From a virus (lineage: Duplodnaviria; Heunggongvirae; Uroviricota; Caudoviricetes): 64,000 bases of DNA. The position numbers were made by a program, and so were the translations under genes. Location: IMG/VR virus record IMGVR_UViG_2690316311_000019; one strand, 5' to 3'. The notes under the pieces were generated by a model, which was given only the letters and a program-made list of their open reading frames with translations, was not told the origin of the DNA and did no database searches. Positions 1 through 10,988 of this stretch are shown here, piece after piece (the first letter of the stretch is position 1; every line of letters starts with the position of its first letter).

Positions 1-1
1 C

Positions 2-424
2 GAGTTAAGCCATGCTAAGCGTATCCCTGCATGGGTGATGTCGCATCCATTGCGTCATGTGTTTTTACAAGGCTATCTTGATACTGATGGGACACCAAGT
101 GGTAAAGCGGGATTTAGAATTAATAGTGTTAGTTCTGCGCTTGCTTGGGGCGTTGCGGGGTTGTCACAGACTTGTGGTTATGTTTCTTCGGTCAGCTTTA
201 TTGAAGTTGAGCCCAAAAAAGTGATCGAGGATCGCGTGGTAAATCAACGGAATTATTATCAGGTAACAATCTGCCCGCAGAAATTGTCACGTAAATCAAG
301 ATTGGCTCATGGAATGCTTTTACGAACAGTCAAAGAGTTTAAATCGGTAGGCCTAGATACTGTATACAACATAGAAGTCGAAGGTGATCATTCCTATATC
401 CTCAATGGTGCGGTGGTCCATAAC
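2..424 (+). other. Intein, C-terminal portion (LAGLIDADG-type homing-endonuclease motif plus splicing blocks F/G) inserted directly before the catalytic Cys of the C5-MTase PCQ motif
   Basis: FLQGYLDTDGT motif; ...VYNIEVEGDHSYILNGAVVHN immediately followed by Cys (+1) that starts CQAFSIAG; N-terminal half of intein is upstream of the window. Confidence 0.6.
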
Positions 425-2212
425 TGTCAGGCATTCAGTATCGCGGGATTACGTGGTGGGCTTGATGATGAGCGTGGCGCGCTAACTTTAAAGTATGTGG
501 AGTTTGCAAATGCAATTGACGACAAACGGGCTGAGTCATTTCTCAAACCAGCCGTTATCGTCTGGGAAAATGTCCCAGGAGTCTTGTCATCGGCAGATAA
601 CGCCTTCGGATGTTTCCTTGCCGGATTGGCTGGAGAAGATGTGCCATTTGAACCAGGTGATCGACCTGAATCAGGAAAAAGCAACGCGTTCTGGCGGTGG
701 GATGGCAAAACCGGTTGCCATGTTCCAAAGTGGCCGCAGTGTGGTTGTATTTATGGACCGCAGCGAAAAGTGGCCTGGAGAATCCTTGATGCCCAATACT
801 TCGGAGTGGCACAACGACGCCGACGCGTGTTTGTTGTCGCAAGTGCTCGAACAGATCTCGATCCCGCAACGGTACTTTTTGAGTTCGAAGGCGTGCGCCG
901 GAATATTGCGCCGAGCAGAGGCGAGGGGAAGGAAACTACCAGATATACTTCAAACATCGCTATCAGAACTTGCGATGATACAAACATAATTGCCATGGCA
1001 CATGGGCAAGGAGGGGCTGAGATAAAAACCGATAATTCGGCACCAACTTTGACATGTAACCATGAAGCACCAATTGTATTGCTCGGCGACGGTAGAATGC
1101 GCCGTCTTACCCCTGTCGAATGTGAAAGGCTGCAAGGTTTTCCTGATTGGCATACGTTGATCCCTACGGAAAAGCGTAAAAAAGTTAATTCAGATGAACT
1201 GGCATATCTGCACAATCACTATCCAGATTTAAGCGAAGAAGAGGCCGCAATGCTTGCAGCTGACGGACCGCGTTACAAAGCGATCGGCAATAGTATGGCA
1301 ATACCAGTAATGCGCTGGATTGGCGATCGGATTACTAAGGCCGTATGTCGGCAGAAAGAAGGAAGTGAAACAAAAGAGCGAAAAGTTAAACCAGCGGCAG
1401 AATTCGAACGGTCCATATTCAAATGGGCTGGTGGAAAATTTGGTGTTCTGGAACAAATCTTTCGCTATTTGCCAGAAGGGAAGCGCCTGATTGAACCTTT
1501 CGTTGGTGGCGGAGCTGTCTTCATGAATGCCGGATACCAGGAAAATCTGCTAAATGATGTGAATGCTGACCTGATTAACTTTTACAAGACTCTGCAACGC
1601 GAGGCGCATTCACTTATCACTCTGGCACATCGTTTCTTCCAGGACTACAACACACAGGAAGGATACCTGGCAGTACGGAATGCGTTTAACAAACAAGTCT
1701 ATGATGATTTACATCGCGCAGCGGCGTTTTTGTTCCTGAACCGACATTGTTTTAACGGATTGACGCGTTACAACCAGGCCGGTGAGTTCAATGTCGGTTA
1801 TGGGAAGTATAAAACTCCGTATTTCCCATTACAGGAGATGGAAGCCTTCCTCGGTGCGGAAGGGCGGTCTGAGTTTGTATGCGGTGATTTTGCAGCGGTG
1901 ATTGAAGCTGCCGGAGAAGGAGATGTCATCTTTTGCGATCCGCCGTATGAACCGCTTCCAAATACAGAGGGATTCACGAACTATTCCGGTCATGACTTTA
2001 AGTTTGAAGAGCAAAAACGCCTGGTGTCTCTGTTGACGGATGCTCATCGTCGAGGTGCAAAGGTTCTCATTACTAACAGTGGCGCGCCAAACATCAGAGA
2101 GCTTTATCATGACAGTGGCTTCAGAGTGGAACCTCTTTTTGCCAGACGTTCTGTGTCTTGTAAGGGGGACACTCGAGGTGTAGCTCATGACGTTTTGGGT
2201 ATATTGCTCTAA
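2..2212 (+). CDS. dmt: Bifunctional DNA methyltransferase Dmt, 5'-partial (frame open to window edge): C5-cytosine MTase motifs IV-X followed by Dam-like N6-adenine MTase domain
   Basis: CQAFSIAG (motif IV Cys at nt 425-427), ENVPGV, QRRRRVFVV, LQGFPDW, GNSMAIPV; C-terminal domain with KWAGGKFG, EPFVGGGAV and DPPY; stop TAA 2210-2212. Confidence 0.8.
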   Translation, partial: ELSHAKRIPAWVMSHPLRHVFLQGYLDTDGTPSGKAGFRINSVSSALAWGVAGLSQTCGYVSSVSFIEVEPKKVIEDRVVNQRNYYQVTICPQKLSRKSRLAHGMLLRTVKEFKSVGLDTVYNIEVEGDHSYILNGAVVHNCQAFSIAGLRGGLDDERGALTLKYVEFANAIDDKRAESFLKPAVIVWENVPGVLSSADNAFGCFLAGLAGEDVPFEPGDRPESGKSNAFWRWDGKTGCHVPKWPQCGCIYGPQRKVAWRILDAQYFGVAQRRRRVFVVASARTDLDPATVLFEFEGVRRNIAPSRGEGKETTRYTSNIAIRTCDDTNIIAMAHGQGGAEIKTDNSAPTLTCNHEAPIVLLGDGRMRRLTPVECERLQGFPDWHTLIPTEKRKKVNSDELAYLHNHYPDLSEEEAAMLAADGPRYKAIGNSMAIPVMRWIGDRITKAVCRQKEGSETKERKVKPAAEFERSIFKWAGGKFGVLEQIFRYLPEGKRLIEPFVGGGAVFMNAGYQENLLNDVNADLINFYKTLQREAHSLITLAHRFFQDYNTQEGYLAVRNAFNKQVYDDLHRAAAFLFLNRHCFNGLTRYNQAGEFNVGYGKYKTPYFPLQEMEAFLGAEGRSEFVCGDFAAVIEAAGEGDVIFCDPPYEPLPNTEGFTNYSGHDFKFEEQKRLVSLLTDAHRRGAKVLITNSGAPNIRELYHDSGFRVEPLFARRSVSCKGDTRGVAHDVLGILL

Positions 2213-2219
2213 TAAATTT
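2203..2219 (+). promoter_or_regulatory. C1 repressor operator (ATTGCTCTAATAAATTT) overlapping the dmt stop codon
   Basis: Exact 17-bp match to the P1 C1 operator consensus; partial inverted copy immediately downstream. Confidence 0.7.
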
Positions 2220-2393
2220 ATTAGTGTAATATCACCTCAATGAATCGTGATTTATAGAGCGATTTAGCTGTTAGCCGCGACAGGCGCGGCGGTAAGCATG
2301 GCTGGGCCTAGTCCTCCCAGACAAACCACCGAGTTGCCAGGTTGACCATGCGCCTAAGTGGCAACGCCGAAGTGCGTTACGAGCGTCCAGTTT

Positions 2394-2419
2394 GCCCATC
2401 TTCGGGTGGGCGTTTTTTT
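2394..2419 (+). terminator. Rho-independent terminator (GCCCATC-TTCG-GGTGGGC + T7)
   Basis: 7-bp GC-rich stem, tetraloop, followed by run of 7 T. Confidence 0.6.
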
Positions 2420-2603
2420 CAGGGTTTTCGTCATGGTTAGCGACTTTGCGGCGGTTTAGAAACTGACCATTAAAGTAAATGCAAACGATGATCTGATGAT
2501 GGTAGCGGCCTAAGAAGCCAGATGCCATGGGGTATGAGTCGTCCCCCGTCAAAAAATCGACCGCAGAGTGTCCCCGTCTGTGTATTAGGGAACGGGGAGG
2601 CAC

Positions 2604-2678
2604 AACAGGTAAGGGCGCTGGTGTGATTAACCAGATGAACGAGAAGGGGCCATCTGTTGGTCAGCGTCCTTTCCTGTT
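2604..2678 (+). repeat. Hairpin element E0 of a 4-member family (arms AACAGGTAAGGGCGCTG / CAGCGTCCTTTCCTGTT)
   Basis: Imperfect inverted repeat whose arm sequence is shared with elements at 3136, 3507 and 3779. Confidence 0.5.
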
Positions 2679-2884
2679 GCGTTTTCTTTTCAGCGTAACA
2701 GCGGTGCTTAACAGCACTTTGGGTACAGTTCCACGAATTTACGGGTATATCCCGTCATGCTGAAGGCGCTAATCACGCTGGAAGCCAGGGTTATGCATCC
2801 CCTGTTACCGAATTGCAGCCAGGGCGCGGTGCGCCGAAAAGCATACGGAGGTGGAAGCCCTCGCCGGAGACGTACCCGGCAAGT

Positions 2885-2959
2885 GATGGTGTAGCTCAGC
2901 GGTAGAGCAGTTGGCTGTTAACCAACTGGTCGGTAGTTCGAATCCACCCACCATCGCCA
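2885..2959 (+). tRNA. tRNA-Asn (anticodon GTT)
   Basis: Cloverleaf read by hand: acceptor GATGGTG/CACCATC, D-arm GCTC-AGCGGTA-GAGC, anticodon stem GTTGG/CCAAC with loop CTGTTAA, T-loop TTCGAAT, discriminator G + CCA. Confidence 0.8.
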
Positions 2960-2964
2960 CTTTA

Positions 2965-3051
2965 GGGGAGTTAGTCCGTAGGGGTAGCGGGGTAGACTGT
3001 AAATCTACTGTCATTGCGACTCGGGTGGTTCGACTCCATCACTCCCCACCA
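2965..3051 (+). tRNA. Type-II (long variable arm) tRNA-Tyr-like, anticodon GTA; D-arm pairing irregular, may be a pseudo-tRNA
   Basis: Acceptor GGGGAGT/ACTCCCC + A + CCA; anticodon stem GTAGA/TCTAC with loop CTGTAAA; variable arm and T-arm resemble E. coli tRNA-Tyr. Confidence 0.5.
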
Positions 3052-3055
3052 CATT

Positions 3056-3131
3056 GCCGATTTAGCTCAGTTGGTAGAGCAGTCGCTTTGTAAGCGAATG
3101 GTCAGCGGTTCGATCCCGTTAATCGGCACCA
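3056..3131 (+). tRNA. tRNA-Thr (anticodon TGT)
   Basis: Acceptor GCCGATT/AATCGGC, D-arm GCTC-AGTTGGTA-GAGC, anticodon loop TTTGTAA, T-loop TTCGATC, CCA end. Confidence 0.75.
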
Positions 3132-3135
3132 ACAT

Positions 3136-3210
3136 AACAGGTAAGAGCATTCTCCCTTATGGGGCCTGGCTTAAATGCATCGAGTGCTCTTACCGTTGTG
3201 ATGAAGTGCA
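3136..3210 (+). repeat. Hairpin element E1 (arms ACAGGTAAGAGCATTCTC / GAGTGCTCTTACC, conserved 3' tail GTTGTGATGAAGTGCAG)
   Basis: Immediately downstream of tRNA-Thr; arm and tail shared with E2/E3. Confidence 0.5.
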
Positions 3211-3506
3211 GATCTTAGAAGCAACCAGAAGATAAGCATCTGGCTTCACAACATAAACCGCAGGAACGACCAATAAACGGTAGTCCGTATGGAGAACACC
3301 CCGTTGAGGAAGAGGCCTGGCCGGAACCGTAACCGGCGACTGGTAATGTGTGTAAATGGAGCGAAATATGTGGGCGTTTAACGGGATACGGGTTGTAACA
3401 GCGATTATTAACGGCGAACTTAAGTATTCACGTTTCGAGACAAATGAACGTGATGGGAAATGTATTGGTGTGCGGTTAGTAAGAGAATACGCATAACAAC
3501 TACAAC

Positions 3507-3606
3507 GTTGAGAACACTGGCGTAACGGGGTCATATCCCAATCTACGAATAAATGTTGCGTTGCCGCGTGACAACCAGTGTTCTCAACATTGTGGTGAAT
3601 GCACAG
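3507..3606 (+). repeat. Hairpin element E2 (perfect 14-bp stem GTTGAGAACACTGG / CCAGTGTTCTCAAC; loop contains GTAACGGGGTCATATCCCAATCTAC; tail ATTGTGGTGAATGCACAGG)
   Basis: Loop motif and tail shared with E3. Confidence 0.5.
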
Positions 3607-3778
3607 GCTGATGTGCCGCAACTACAGTAGTGCGCGCTTTGCGGGGCTTGCTACAACCCTGTGTCGGAGTTCAGCACCGACCATCACAGTTTGATTCTCT
3701 GGCATGAGCATAACGCTGAAATAAGTCCAGTCTGGTGCGGTCTGATCACCCGCCGTTAGCTCCACGAAACGGAGCACG

Positions 3779-3864
3779 TAACAGGTAAGAGCATTCTCCT
3801 GTAACGGGTTCATATCCCAATCTACAGGTCCACCAAGAATGCTCTTTCCGTTGCGGTGAATGCG
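3779..3864 (+). repeat. Hairpin element E3 (arms of E1 + loop motif of E2; tail GTTGCGGTGAATGCGG)
   Basis: AACAGGTAAGAGCATTCTCC ... GTAACGGGTTCATATCCCAATCTAC ... GAATGCTCTTTCC. Confidence 0.5.
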
Positions 3865-4004
3865 GCTAAGCGCACGCGGGGAAATGGTTATATCTGTCCA
3901 TTATTTCTCCTTGTTTCCACGTCCACGGTGGATAACCAGCCAAAGGACACCGGGAGGAACCCGGCACCGCAGCTTTTTTATTCGTTAAATAATGGAGTGA
4001 GAGG

Positions 4005-4241
4005 ATGCAGAACAATCCGAACAAATGTCGAACGCTATGGGTGCGGTTATATATTTATGCCGTCCTCTGTTTGATTGTGTCACTGGTTCTGTATGTTTGG
4101 CTTTTGCCAAATATGATCTCATCTAACAGCACAATACTTGTATTGTTGGGAGTCCTTCTCGCGCTCATTTACCCGGCTTTCGCAGTAGTCTTTTTTCGTG
4201 AAAAAACCAGGAAATTAATTAATGAAAAAAACGTTGATTAG
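4005..4241 (+). CDS. upl: Small two-helix membrane protein upstream of plp
   Basis: 78-aa hydrophobic ORF with GAGAGG RBS; position immediately upstream of lipoprotein gene. Confidence 0.5.
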   Translation: MQNNPNKCRTLWVRLYIYAVLCLIVSLVLYVWLLPNMISSNSTILVLLGVLLALIYPAFAVVFFREKTRKLINEKNVD

Positions 4242-5049
4242 TGCAGCGATTATTTTGGGTTCTTTATGTCTGACCGGATGCGATCGGGTAGAGCCAGGTA
4301 ACGTAGGGATCAAAGTAAATAAGCTGGGGGATGATAAAGGTATCGGTGAAGTAGTTGGCGTTGGTCGCTACTGGACAGGCTTGAATACTGAAGTTTATAT
4401 CTTCCCGACCTTTAAGCAAATGAAGACATACGATGAGCCGTTCAGCTTCCAGATGAGCGACGGAACAACCATTGGTTACCACATCGGCGTAGCCTACAAG
4501 GTTGATCCAGCAAAAGTCACAACGGTATTTCAGACCTATCGCAAAGGTGTAGATGATATTACTGATACCGATCTACGCCAGAAGGTTGCAGATGCTCTGA
4601 ACCGATTAGCCAGCAAAATGACCACCGACAAATTTATCGACGGTGGCAAATCTGAATTGCTTGATGCAGCCCTTAAAGACATTCAGGAAGAAATGACGCC
4701 AATCGGCATTCAGGTGATGAGCCTCTCTTATGTAGGTAAGCCAGAATACCCGCCAACAGTTATTGACAGTATTAACGCCAAAGTCACGGCAAACCAAAAA
4801 ACCCTGCAACGCGAGCAAGAGGTCAAACAACGTGAAGCAGAGGCCAACATGCTGCGCGCGGAAGCTGCCGGACAGGCTGATGCTATTCGCACAAAAGCCC
4901 AGGCCGAAGCTGATGCCATTCGTTTACGTGGTGAAGCTCTGCGCCAGAACCCCGGTGTTATGGACTTGGAAGCGATCAACAAATGGAACGGTACATTACC
5001 GCAGTATATGACCAGTAATACCGCTGTTCCGTTTGTTCCGGTGAAATAA
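4222..5049 (+). CDS. plp: Lipoprotein, SPFH/band-7-like
   Basis: Lipobox LCLTGC after signal peptide; 275 aa. Confidence 0.65.
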   Translation: MKKTLISAAIILGSLCLTGCDRVEPGNVGIKVNKLGDDKGIGEVVGVGRYWTGLNTEVYIFPTFKQMKTYDEPFSFQMSDGTTIGYHIGVAYKVDPAKVTTVFQTYRKGVDDITDTDLRQKVADALNRLASKMTTDKFIDGGKSELLDAALKDIQEEMTPIGIQVMSLSYVGKPEYPPTVIDSINAKVTANQKTLQREQEVKQREAEANMLRAEAAGQADAIRTKAQAEADAIRLRGEALRQNPGVMDLEAINKWNGTLPQYMTSNTAVPFVPVK

Positions 5050-5076
5050 AAGCGTAAGCAAAATTGGCAGTAATCC

Positions 5077-5152
5077 GGCCCTTTAGCTCAGTGGTTAGAG
5101 CTGGCGACTCATAATCGCACGGTCACCGGTTCAAGTCCGGTAGGGGCCACCA
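5077..5152 (+). tRNA. tRNA-Ile2-like (anticodon CAT, ileX-type, lysidine-decoding candidate)
   Basis: Acceptor GGCCCTT/AGGGGCC, anticodon loop CTCATAA, T-loop TTCAAGT, ACCA end; near-identical architecture to E. coli ileX. Confidence 0.7.
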
Positions 5153-5426
5153 TATTTGGTTGTAACACGGCGTCTGGCACATGCGTCGTTAGCGGTCTGG
5201 TGACGTTAAAGGGGTAACCTTTCCCCTAGCTCAGGCAACAAACCAGGTAGCCGGAATGTGCAAGCCCCGTTCATAGCGTCGGACTGCGGATTCACCATCC
5301 TGGCGATTCGGTGTGACAACCGGGAAGAGTCCGGCGCATTAATCCTGATTTTCTGGTGATGACTCATATCGTTAGGAGTGATTTGAGTATGCCGATTATA
5401 TCTGACATTCAGCACGCCTGGGTGGA

Positions 5427-6797
5427 GTGCTAATGTCTGCATCCCCTCTTGAATCCATGCCAAATTCCCTTAGTGCAGAACAAGCTGTACTTGGTGGCTT
5501 AATGCTTGATAACTGCCGCTGGGATGAAGTTGCAGATCGTATAGTTGCTGATGATTTTTATACCAGTGCTCATCGTGAAATTTTCAGTGAGATGGAGAGG
5601 TTATTAAGTCATGGCAAACCGATTGATTTGATAACACTTGCTGAAGCACTTGAACAGAACGGTAAATTAGAACGCGCCGGTGGTTTTGCGTACCTTGCGG
5701 AGATGTCAAAGAACACGCCCAGCGCGGCAAATATTTGTGCTTATGCGGATATCGTTCGTGAACGCGCGGTTGTTCGTGAAATGATTTCCGTCGCAAATGA
5801 AATAGCTGAAGCTGGATATGCGCAGGATGGCAGGGGCAGCAATGAATTGCTGGATATGGCCGAGCGCCGCGTTTTTGAAATAGCTGAAAAACGACAAAAG
5901 AGCGGTAGTGGTCCAAAAGATATCGCCAGCATTCTCGATGCAACGGTATCTCGCATAGAAGAGTTGTTTCAGCGACCGCATGATGGTGTAACGGGGCTTG
6001 ATACCGGATTTACCGATCTCAATAAGAAGACGGCAGGACTTCAGGCGTCCGATCTCATTATTGTCGCCGCCCGCCCATCGATGGGGAAGACTACGTTTGC
6101 GATGAATCTCGTCGAAAATGCCGCAGTCCGTAACGATAAGCCCGTATTGGTTTTTAGCCTTGAGATGCCGAGCCACCAACTGATGATGCGCTCACTGGCT
6201 TCTCTTGCACGCGTTGATCAGACTCGTATTCGAACAGGGCAACTTAACGACGAGGATTGGGCGCGGGTTTCTGGCGCAATGGGGATTCTGTTGGACAAGC
6301 AGAATATTTTTATTGATGACTCAAGCGCCCTGACACCTACAGAGCTTCGTTCCCGCGCTCGTCGTGTTTATAAAGAAAATGGTGGTTTGAGCATGATTAT
6401 GATCGACTACCTGCAACTTATGCGCGTCCCCGAGCTGCAAGATAACCGAACGCTGGAAATTGCCGAGATTTCTCGCTCACTGAAGGCTTTGGCGAAGGAA
6501 TTACAAGTACCGGTGGTGGCATTGTCACAACTTAATCGATCGCTTGAACAGCGTGCGGACAAACGACCGGTAAATTCAGATTTACGTGAATCAGGAGCAA
6601 TTGAGCAGGACGCAGACCTGATCATGTTTCTGTATCGCGACGAAGTTTATCACCCGGATAGCGAAATGAAGGGCATTGCCGAGGTAATTATCGGAAAGCA
6701 ACGAAATGGCCCAATTGGCACGGTGAGATTGGCTTTTAACGGCCAATACTCACGGTTTGATAACTATGCTGGTGCTGACTGGCAAGAGGATTATTAA
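5427..6797 (+). CDS. ban: Replicative DNA helicase, DnaB family (Ban)
   Basis: 456 aa; Walker A PSMGKTTFAMN, DnaB motifs (SLEM, ALSQLNR, IEQDADLIMFLYRDE). Confidence 0.85.
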   Translation: MLMSASPLESMPNSLSAEQAVLGGLMLDNCRWDEVADRIVADDFYTSAHREIFSEMERLLSHGKPIDLITLAEALEQNGKLERAGGFAYLAEMSKNTPSAANICAYADIVRERAVVREMISVANEIAEAGYAQDGRGSNELLDMAERRVFEIAEKRQKSGSGPKDIASILDATVSRIEELFQRPHDGVTGLDTGFTDLNKKTAGLQASDLIIVAARPSMGKTTFAMNLVENAAVRNDKPVLVFSLEMPSHQLMMRSLASLARVDQTRIRTGQLNDEDWARVSGAMGILLDKQNIFIDDSSALTPTELRSRARRVYKENGGLSMIMIDYLQLMRVPELQDNRTLEIAEISRSLKALAKELQVPVVALSQLNRSLEQRADKRPVNSDLRESGAIEQDADLIMFLYRDEVYHPDSEMKGIAEVIIGKQRNGPIGTVRLAFNGQYSRFDNYAGADWQEDY

Positions 6798-7795
6798 TGC
6801 AATGGAATGAGGAAAAGCCGATGAACATCCTGATCATTGGGCGAAAATTTGAAGCTATCAGTGATGTGAAAACATATACGGAAATGTGGGCTTACAACCT
6901 GGCCTGCGCCTTTAGTGAGGCAGGGGTAACATTGCAATTCCATCGTCCATATTCCCCCGGCGTCGAAAGCCCGGAGGATTATGTTGAAGCTGTGTTGACC
7001 GCTGCGACCTCGTGTTCTGCGAAAGCCATTTTAGCGCCAGGATTGCGGTATTTTACTACGGTGCCCAGGGAAATAGGCGTGCAACTGCGTCGTCGATTCA
7101 CTGGATGGGTAGCCCAGGTATACGACGGTTCTATGCTGGATTCGGCACCAGTCGATATTACTTTTACTGTCCGCGATGATACCTGGCGGTACCTGGATAA
7201 TCCCGGCAGGTTAGAGCGTCATAATCGCTTTAACAAACATGTTGGATGGGCAGCGAATCAGGATCTGTTCCATCTGGAAACCAAAACAGACGATGTTCTG
7301 CGTATTTTTGTAGACCACGCTGCATTTGATGTTAGTGGGTTTGATCACTCCTTAAGTATCCTTATGAACCTTCAGCGTCTGACCGTTCCGTATGAGGCCA
7401 GAACGTTGACCGATGACGGATTGATTACCATTGATCCGGGGAATATATCGGTAACCCCATACAGACGGACGCCGGTACCAGCAACCGAATTTGCAGCTGA
7501 ATTGCGTAAGAGTGACGTGTTTATCGTTACGCATCCCGAAAGCCTTGGATTAACTGTACTTGAGGCGGCAATGTGCGGGGCGTTGGTATTAACGCCTCCC
7601 GATTGTCTTCCGCCAGATCGCCTGGCTTTGGTGAACCATATGGTTATCAAGTCGCGGATTGATTGGGATGAGGTTATTGCTCGCGTTGATCGCGTGAAAA
7701 ATGCTGAAAAGGTCCAGTGTCACACCTGGTCGGCAATTGCGGAAAAGATGCTTGAGACGTTTGTCACGCAGAAACCGTCGCGCGGTAACGGATAA
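6797..7795 (+). CDS. Putative glycosyltransferase (GT-B fold, group-1-like)
   Basis: C-terminal VFIVTHPESLGLTVLEAAMCGALVLTPP resembling GT4 E-x7-E motif; start overlaps ban stop (alternative start 6821). Confidence 0.4.
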   Translation: MQWNEEKPMNILIIGRKFEAISDVKTYTEMWAYNLACAFSEAGVTLQFHRPYSPGVESPEDYVEAVLTAATSCSAKAILAPGLRYFTTVPREIGVQLRRRFTGWVAQVYDGSMLDSAPVDITFTVRDDTWRYLDNPGRLERHNRFNKHVGWAANQDLFHLETKTDDVLRIFVDHAAFDVSGFDHSLSILMNLQRLTVPYEARTLTDDGLITIDPGNISVTPYRRTPVPATEFAAELRKSDVFIVTHPESLGLTVLEAAMCGALVLTPPDCLPPDRLALVNHMVIKSRIDWDEVIARVDRVKNAEKVQCHTWSAIAEKMLETFVTQKPSRGNG

Positions 7796-7817
7796 AAAAT
7801 TGAACCCGTCATAACAG

Positions 7818-7841
7818 AAAAGCCCGAACGCCGGGCTTTTC
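7818..7841. terminator. Bidirectional hairpin terminator between convergent genes
   Basis: AGCCCG-AACGC-CGGGCT flanked by A-run and T-run. Confidence 0.55.

Positions 7842-10988
<3,147 letters not shown>

Noticed and set aside
427-1456. Minus-strand and alternative-frame ORFs inside dmt (427-708, 495-989, 555-869, 751-1215, 950-1153, 1229-1456)
   Set aside because: Fully embedded in a well-supported methyltransferase reading frame; no motifs or RBS; typical shadow ORFs.
2271-2763. ORFs 2271-2603 (minus) and 2527-2763 (plus) between dmt and tRNA-Asn
   Set aside because: They overlap a clear intrinsic terminator and the first hairpin-family element; no RBS; region appears non-coding RNA/leader.
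2604-3866. Possibility that the repeated hairpins are a CRISPR array
   Set aside because: Units are not short identical direct repeats with regular spacers; they are long imperfect palindromes of different lengths, and no cas genes are nearby.
5206-5463. 85-aa minus-strand ORF upstream of ban
   Set aside because: Overlaps the ban start region and tRNA-Ile flank; no RBS; likely spurious.
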